NCBI GenBank assembly: GCA_963776275.1
Contig: CAVZMI010000030.1
Location: 1 to 32,699, forward strand
Direction: 5' to 3'
Source of the DNA: Ignavibacteriota bacterium
GTDB taxonomy: Bacteria; Bacteroidota; Ignavibacteria; UBA10030; CAVZMI01
DNA: 32,699 bases
The notes under the pieces are model-generated. The model was not told where the DNA came from. It made no database searches and saw only the letters and a list, made by a program, of their open reading frames with translations. Shown here one piece after another: positions 27,159 through 32,699 of this stretch. The position numbers and the translations under genes are program-made. Within the stretch, counting starts at the first letter, position 1, and each line of letters begins with the position of its first letter.

Positions 27159-28355
27159 ATGAAACTCCCTGTATATTTCGACAACCATGCGACAACGCCG
27201 ATGGACGATCGTGTCTTCGATGCCATGGTGCCGTATTTCAGAGAGAAGTTTGGAAACGCGGCAAGTCATGCCCATGCATATGGATGGGATGCTGAAGCGG
27301 CAGTAAACGTTGCACGAAAAGAAATTTCCGCTTTAATAAATGCTTCACCTGAAGAAATTACTTTTACAAGCGGTGCAACAGAGTCGAATAATCTCGCACT
27401 CAAAGGCGTCGCCGAGGCATATCACGAAAGCGGTGGACATATCATTATTGCTGCCACCGAGCATATATCCGTTCTGGATACTTGCCATTTCCTGGAAAGG
27501 AAGGGTTTTATTGTTAAGGTTGTTCCGGTCGATCGTGACGGATTTGTCCATATAAAAAAAATCGAAGAGGTAATCACTCCGAAAACTATCCTCATATCCA
27601 TCATGATGGCAAATAATGAAATCGGCACGATTGCACCAGTTGCACAAATCGGAAGCCTTTGTGTATCACGGGGAATTCTATTCCATACAGATGCAGTGCA
27701 GGCAGCTGCATATCTCCCTATCAATGTGAGAGGAATGCATATAGATCTTTTATCGCTCAGTGCCCATAAAATGTACGGACCGAAAGGGATCGGAGCACTC
27801 TATATCCGTCGCCGGCATCCGCGTCTTGTTCTCATTCCTCAAATTCATGGCGGCGGTCATGAAGGAGGATTCCGTTCGGGGACACTGAACGTCCCCGCAA
27901 TTGTAGGATTCGGAAAAGCGGCGGCTATTGCAAAGGAAGAGCTCTATTCTGATAGTGACAGACTCACTCATCTGCGCGACCGCTTCATCTCGGGATTGCT
28001 CGAAAGGATCGAAGATATTCGATTAAACGGGCACTCGCTGCAGCGCCTACCAAATAATGTCAACGTCACGATTGCAAACGTCTCTGCCGATATGCTTATG
28101 ATGGAACTTAAAGATATTGCATTTTCATCGGGATCTGCATGCAGCAGCTCAAATCCCGAACCGTCTCATGTACTTCAGGCTCTCGGATTGGAAGAGGCCG
28201 AAATCAATTCATCGATCCGTATCGGTCTCGGCCGCTTCACCACCGAAGAAGAGGTTACTTATGGAATCCAGAGAATATCCGAGGTGGTAGTACGATTACG
28301 ACAATCACATAGTCATCCACAGAAAAAAAACGTATCGACGCAGGTACTTCTATGA
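27159..28355 (+). CDS. iscS: Cysteine desulfurase (group I, IscS/NifS)
   Basis: YFDNHATTP, FTSGATE, HTDAVQ, SAHKMYGPKG and SSGSACSS motifs. Confidence 0.93.
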   Translation: MKLPVYFDNHATTPMDDRVFDAMVPYFREKFGNAASHAHAYGWDAEAAVNVARKEISALINASPEEITFTSGATESNNLALKGVAEAYHESGGHIIIAATEHISVLDTCHFLERKGFIVKVVPVDRDGFVHIKKIEEVITPKTILISIMMANNEIGTIAPVAQIGSLCVSRGILFHTDAVQAAAYLPINVRGMHIDLLSLSAHKMYGPKGIGALYIRRRHPRLVLIPQIHGGGHEGGFRSGTLNVPAIVGFGKAAAIAKEELYSDSDRLTHLRDRFISGLLERIEDIRLNGHSLQRLPNNVNVTIANVSADMLMMELKDIAFSSGSACSSSNPEPSHVLQALGLEEAEINSSIRIGLGRFTTEEEVTYGIQRISEVVVRLRQSHSHPQKKNVSTQVLL

Positions 28356-28687
28356 AAGAGCAATTAGAATATGTCATCAATAATCAGACCGAGGTTTTAT
28401 ACTTCTTGAAATCACGATATCCGTTATATCACTGTTCAAATATTTTTTTGCGTGATGTTCAATTCGGTCTTATCCTATATTTTCAGAAGAAGCACCGCAA
28501 ACTCAGGAATCGTGATGCGGAAGAAGTTGCCCGCGGATTTTTAGATTATCTTAACAAGCTTAAAATAGTACATCAACTTGATCATCAAACATGGTGGCTG
28601 AATTATCCCGATTTCCAGGTAAAACCGGTTACGAAAAAACCGCCTTTGAGGAAAATACAAACAGCGGCGCCGCATTCGGCAGTGTAA
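28352..28687 (+). CDS. Hypothetical protein within the Fe-S operon
   Basis: 111-aa ORF translationally coupled to iscS (ATGA overlap). Confidence 0.75.
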   Translation: MKEQLEYVINNQTEVLYFLKSRYPLYHCSNIFLRDVQFGLILYFQKKHRKLRNRDAEEVARGFLDYLNKLKIVHQLDHQTWWLNYPDFQVKPVTKKPPLRKIQTAAPHSAV

Positions 28688-28736
28688 TCACGGGGAATGC
28701 GTTCAATTATATTCAGAAGAGGAAGACAGAAAAAAT

Positions 28737-29543
28737 ATGGCCAAGACACTAGAAATAAAAAATCTCCATGTAGAGGTTGACGGGAAGGAAATTTTAAAAG
28801 GACTTTCACTTTCAATTGAAAAAGGTGAAATACACGCTATCATGGGACCGAACGGTTCCGGTAAAAGCACACTCGCAAATACATTGATGGGGCATCCGGG
28901 ATACACTGTGACAAAAGGCGAGGTTAGCTTCAAAGGGCAGAATATTCTCGACTTGAAGGCCGATGAACGGGCCGTAATGGGGATGTTTTTAGCATTCCAA
29001 TACCCGCAGGAAATACCCGGTGTAACGCTTTTTAATTTCTTGCGGACTACAACGAATTCGCTTAGGAAACGGCGTACGGGCGAGGATGTCGGCAGCGATC
29101 GGAAGATTGCAGCCTCATCGTTACGCGAGTTTAACAAGAAAATCAATGAAAAAATGAGACTCCTCGAGATGGATCCTGCGTTCAGCTCGCGATATCTGAA
29201 CGAAGGATTCTCAGGCGGTGAGAAGAAACGCGCCGAGATATTACAACTGGCAATGCTGGAGCCTGAGATGGCGATTCTAGATGAGACAGATTCCGGACTC
29301 GACATCGATGCGCTGCGCATCGTGGCGAATGGTGTAAACAGTCTTATCGGACCCCAGATGGGCGTTCTCGTCATTACGCACTACCAGCGATTGCTGGATT
29401 ACATCAAGCCGCATTTTGTCCACGTTCTTGTTGATGGAAGACTTGTGATGTCTGATGGTCCGGAGCTTGCGGTGAAACTCGAAGAAAAAGGATACGATTG
29501 GGTTAAGGAAGGATCGCTCTCAAGCGTTCCGGCACAAGGATAG
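28737..29543 (+). CDS. sufC: Fe-S cluster assembly ATPase SufC
   Basis: [28 protein letters not shown] and [12 protein letters not shown] motifs. Confidence 0.97.
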   Translation: MAKTLEIKNLHVEVDGKEILKGLSLSIEKGEIHAIMGPNGSGKSTLANTLMGHPGYTVTKGEVSFKGQNILDLKADERAVMGMFLAFQYPQEIPGVTLFNFLRTTTNSLRKRRTGEDVGSDRKIAASSLREFNKKINEKMRLLEMDPAFSSRYLNEGFSGGEKKRAEILQLAMLEPEMAILDETDSGLDIDALRIVANGVNSLIGPQMGVLVITHYQRLLDYIKPHFVHVLVDGRLVMSDGPELAVKLEEKGYDWVKEGSLSSVPAQG

Positions 29544-29558
29544 GAAGGGGAAAAAACA

Positions 29559-30971
29559 ATGAATCAAAAAACGATAGATATTCGCGGTAGGGAGGCCTAT
29601 AAAGAAAAATATGGTTTCAACGACGCCAATGAGTTCGTTTTTCGTATGGAAAAAGGACTCTCGCGGAAAGTTGTCGAAGAGATTTCGAAACTCAAAGATG
29701 AACCGGAGTGGATGACGAAATTCCGGCTCCGTGCGCTTGAGTTCTTTTATAAAAAACCATTACCCGGCTGGGGCGGCGATCTCTCGACATTGGATTTTGA
29801 TAACATCTATTATTACATAAAACCTTCCGACGGAAAAGGAAGAACATGGGATGATGTGCCGGCGAAAGTAAAGAAGACATTCGACCGATTGGGTATTCCG
29901 GAAGCCGAAAAAAAATTTCTCGCAGGAGTCGAAGCGCAGTATGACTCTGAGAGCGTGTACAGCAGTCTGAAAGGCGAGTGGGAAAAACTCGGCGTCATCT
30001 TTTGCAGCACGGATGAGGCGCTTAAACGATATCCCGATATTGTCCGTCAATATTTCGGGACGGTTATTCCACCGGCCGATAATAAATTTGCGGCTTTGAA
30101 CAGCGCGGTATGGAGCGGGGGATCGTTCATCTACGTCCCTGAAGGAGTCCACGTTGATATCCCGCTGCAGGCGTATTTCAGAATTAATTCTGAAAATGCC
30201 GGCCAGTTTGAACGTACGCTAATCATCGCCGAAAAGGGAAGTACACTCCATTATGTCGAGGGTTGTACGGCTCCGACATATGCGGTCGATGCACTGCACA
30301 GCGCCGTTGTCGAAATTATTGTCAAGGAAAGCGCGCGTGTTCGATATACGACCATCCAGAATTGGTCTGATAATGTGTACAACCTTGTTACCAAACGGGC
30401 GGTTGCGTATAAGGATGCAACAATGGAATGGGTCGATGGCAATATAGGCAGCAAGCTGACGATGAAATATCCGGCCATCTATTTGATGGACAAGGGTGCT
30501 CACGGCGAAGTGCTCTCTCTGGCATACGCGGGAGATGGACAGCATCAGGATACCGGCGGGAAAGCCGTTCACATTGCCCCGCATACATCGTCAATCATTA
30601 CATCGAAATCGATCAGTAAGGGAACCGGACGCGCAAGCTATCGCGGACTCGTGAAGGTGCATAAGAATGCTGCCGGTGTCAAGTCGAGCGTTAAATGCGA
30701 TGCACTGCTTCTAGACGAGGCTGCTCGCAGCGACACATATCCGACAATCGAAGTCGACGAGCAGAGCGCCCGGATCGGACACGAAGCGACGGTCAGCAAA
30801 GTGGGAGAGGAGCAGCTCTATTATCTTGAGAGCCGCGGATTGAGCGAGGAAGAATCGACGGCATTGATTGTCAGCGGATTCATCCAGCCTATCGTTCGCG
30901 AGCTGCCGATGGAATATGCCGTCGAGCTTAATCGCCTCATTGCCCTTGAGATGGAAGGATCGGTGGGTTAA
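29559..30971 (+). CDS. sufB: Fe-S cluster assembly protein SufB
   Basis: [32 protein letters not shown] and LEMEGSVG motifs. Confidence 0.97.
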   Translation: MNQKTIDIRGREAYKEKYGFNDANEFVFRMEKGLSRKVVEEISKLKDEPEWMTKFRLRALEFFYKKPLPGWGGDLSTLDFDNIYYYIKPSDGKGRTWDDVPAKVKKTFDRLGIPEAEKKFLAGVEAQYDSESVYSSLKGEWEKLGVIFCSTDEALKRYPDIVRQYFGTVIPPADNKFAALNSAVWSGGSFIYVPEGVHVDIPLQAYFRINSENAGQFERTLIIAEKGSTLHYVEGCTAPTYAVDALHSAVVEIIVKESARVRYTTIQNWSDNVYNLVTKRAVAYKDATMEWVDGNIGSKLTMKYPAIYLMDKGAHGEVLSLAYAGDGQHQDTGGKAVHIAPHTSSIITSKSISKGTGRASYRGLVKVHKNAAGVKSSVKCDALLLDEAARSDTYPTIEVDEQSARIGHEATVSKVGEEQLYYLESRGLSEEESTALIVSGFIQPIVRELPMEYAVELNRLIALEMEGSVG

Positions 30972-30992
30972 TTAGAGAACGGAGTAGCGACG

Positions 30993-32273
30993 TTGGATAA
31001 TGAAAATATAAAAGTAGATAAGGAAACAATCGATACGGCTAATGCCGCCTATGGGATATTCAATCGTGAAGCAATCGAACGGTTTTCCCGCGATAGGAAT
31101 GAACCACCGTGGATGCTAGCAAAACGTTTGCGGGCATGGACAATTTACTGTGAAATGCCCGGGCAGGTTGGGAATACGACACTGCCGCCGTCCCGCCGGC
31201 TCGATATTCGTGAATTGAGAATTCAGGATTTTTCCGGACCATTGCTTGAGAACACAGAGAGTATTCGGAACACTGCCTTCTCCGATCTTTTTCATCAGGG
31301 AGTGATTTTTACGACGTTATCAGAAGCTTTACATAATCACACAGGACTTGTTGAAAAATACTTCATGACGGAATGTGTGCAGCTTAATGACAGCAAATTT
31401 ACAGCTCTCCATGCGGCTTTCTGGAATACGGGATCGTTTTTATATGTTCCAAAGAATATGAAGATTGATGTCCCGATAGAGAACAATATTTTTACGGGAT
31501 CTGAAGAAGATATATTATTCCCCCATACACTTATAATCGTGGAGGAGGGCGCATCAGTAACATTTATCGAGGCATCTTATTCGGATACAGAGGATAAACA
31601 GGCCTTTGTGGACGGTGTTGTGGAGATTATAGCCGGTCCCGGTGCGACAGTCAATTATATAAGTACTCAACTATTCGGAAACAACACCTATCATTTTGCA
31701 TTCAAAAAGGCAATTGCTAAAAAGGACAGTACAGTGAATTGGCATGAAATCGGTATCGGAAGTAAAATTTCGCAATCGAACATTCGATTGATTCTCGACG
31801 AAAGTGGAGCCACAGGCGAGATGCTCGGTGTCTATTTCCCGCGTGATCATCAGCAAATGGAATATAATACGCTTCAGGTTCATGCGGCGCATCACACGAA
31901 GAGCAATTTGCTTTATAAAGGGGCGCTTCAGGAGAAGGCAAAAACGGTATTTAACGGCATAATCCAGGTCCATAAGGGTGCACAGCGTACTGATGCATAT
32001 CAGGCCAACAAAAATATTCTTTTAAGCAATGATGCACACGCCGATTCGATCCCGACACTGGAGATCGAGGCGAATGATGTGCGCTGTACTCACGGCGTGA
32101 CGGTCGGCCCTATTGACGAAGAAGTTTTATATTATCTTATGAGTCGCGGATTGAATCGCGATGAGGCCACCCGGATGCTTGTTGTTGGTTTCCTTGTCCC
32201 GATCATCGACAAGATACCGGTTGAAAAGACCCGTGAAGAAGTCCGTGAACATATTGAATCACGTATAGGATAA
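30993..32273 (+). CDS. sufD: Fe-S cluster assembly protein SufD
   Basis: SNLLYKG, GAQRTDAYQ, PTLEIEANDVRCTHG and YYLMSRG motifs. Confidence 0.93.
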   Translation: MDNENIKVDKETIDTANAAYGIFNREAIERFSRDRNEPPWMLAKRLRAWTIYCEMPGQVGNTTLPPSRRLDIRELRIQDFSGPLLENTESIRNTAFSDLFHQGVIFTTLSEALHNHTGLVEKYFMTECVQLNDSKFTALHAAFWNTGSFLYVPKNMKIDVPIENNIFTGSEEDILFPHTLIIVEEGASVTFIEASYSDTEDKQAFVDGVVEIIAGPGATVNYISTQLFGNNTYHFAFKKAIAKKDSTVNWHEIGIGSKISQSNIRLILDESGATGEMLGVYFPRDHQQMEYNTLQVHAAHHTKSNLLYKGALQEKAKTVFNGIIQVHKGAQRTDAYQANKNILLSNDAHADSIPTLEIEANDVRCTHGVTVGPIDEEVLYYLMSRGLNRDEATRMLVVGFLVPIIDKIPVEKTREEVREHIESRIG

Positions 32274-32275
32274 TC

Positions 32276-32632
32276 ATGATCGACATTGGAATCAAGGCTG
32301 CAACAATTGATGAATTTGGATCAAAGAATTGGAAAGCAGTTCGAGTTGAAGGAAATCGTGTGCTTATTGTGAAACTCGATGACGGATACCATGCAATCGA
32401 TGAGCTCTGTTCGCATGAGGAAGAATCGCTTGCGGGAGGATTCATCGATGGCGTGGAAATCGAATGTCCTCGACATGGGGCAATGTTCGATATTACTACA
32501 GGCGCTGTTCGGTCGCTTCCTGCTGTCTGTCCTTTGAGGATTCATCATGTTACAGTCAGAGGAAATGATATTTATATTTCGATCGGTTCGTCTCGCTCAA
32601 AGCCGGAAGCTTATGCGCCTCTTGCGCAATAG
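32276..32632 (+). CDS. Rieske-type [2Fe-2S] ferredoxin
   Basis: CSH ... CPRHGAMFD motifs. Confidence 0.92.
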   Translation: MIDIGIKAATIDEFGSKNWKAVRVEGNRVLIVKLDDGYHAIDELCSHEEESLAGGFIDGVEIECPRHGAMFDITTGAVRSLPAVCPLRIHHVTVRGNDIYISIGSSRSKPEAYAPLAQ

Positions 32633-32644
32633 AAAGGAATAGAT

Positions 32645-32699
32645 GTGTTCGACATTACGAATATACGGAAAGATTTTCCAATTTTAAGTAGGGAATTCA
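32645..32699 (+). CDS. sufS: SufS-type cysteine desulfurase, 5' fragment
   Basis: GTG start after AAAGGAA. Translates (M)FDITNIRKDFPILSREF, the typical SufS N-terminus. Truncated by the window end. Confidence 0.7.
   Translation, partial: MFDITNIRKDFPILSREF

Overview
The window has two parts. Bases 1 to about 15,300 are the distal part of an integron gene-cassette array on the + strand. It holds nine cassettes bounded by ten attC sites; the first site is cut by the window edge and the last is degenerate. No integrase lies in the window. The cassettes encode a DJ-1/PfpI lipoprotein, two hypotheticals, a secreted CE15 esterase, a serine hydrolase, a GH39 beta-xylosidase, a GH31 glycosidase, a two-gene unit (HhH/Zn-metalloprotease plus HEAT-repeat protein) and a DinB-family protein. 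Most attC sites belong to one sequence family and are swollen to about 250-430+ bp by small palindromic elements. These elements sit nested inside each other at recurrent positions, including the L'' and L' integrase-binding boxes, and one family also occurs in the rpsB leader. The rest is core genome: higBA, lipA, rplM-rpsI-rpsB-tsf-pyrH-frr, an ECF sigma factor, ackA, a 3-hydroxyacyl-CoA dehydrogenase, an ABC exporter and a hybrid rrf2-iscS-orf-sufCBD-Rieske-sufS Fe-S operon. Gene order, the NYPNPFNP C-terminal domain and canonical SD/TTGACA signals suggest an Ignavibacteria-like FCB-group bacterium (inference). Three +1 frameshifts, one in pyrH, are probably sequencing errors.
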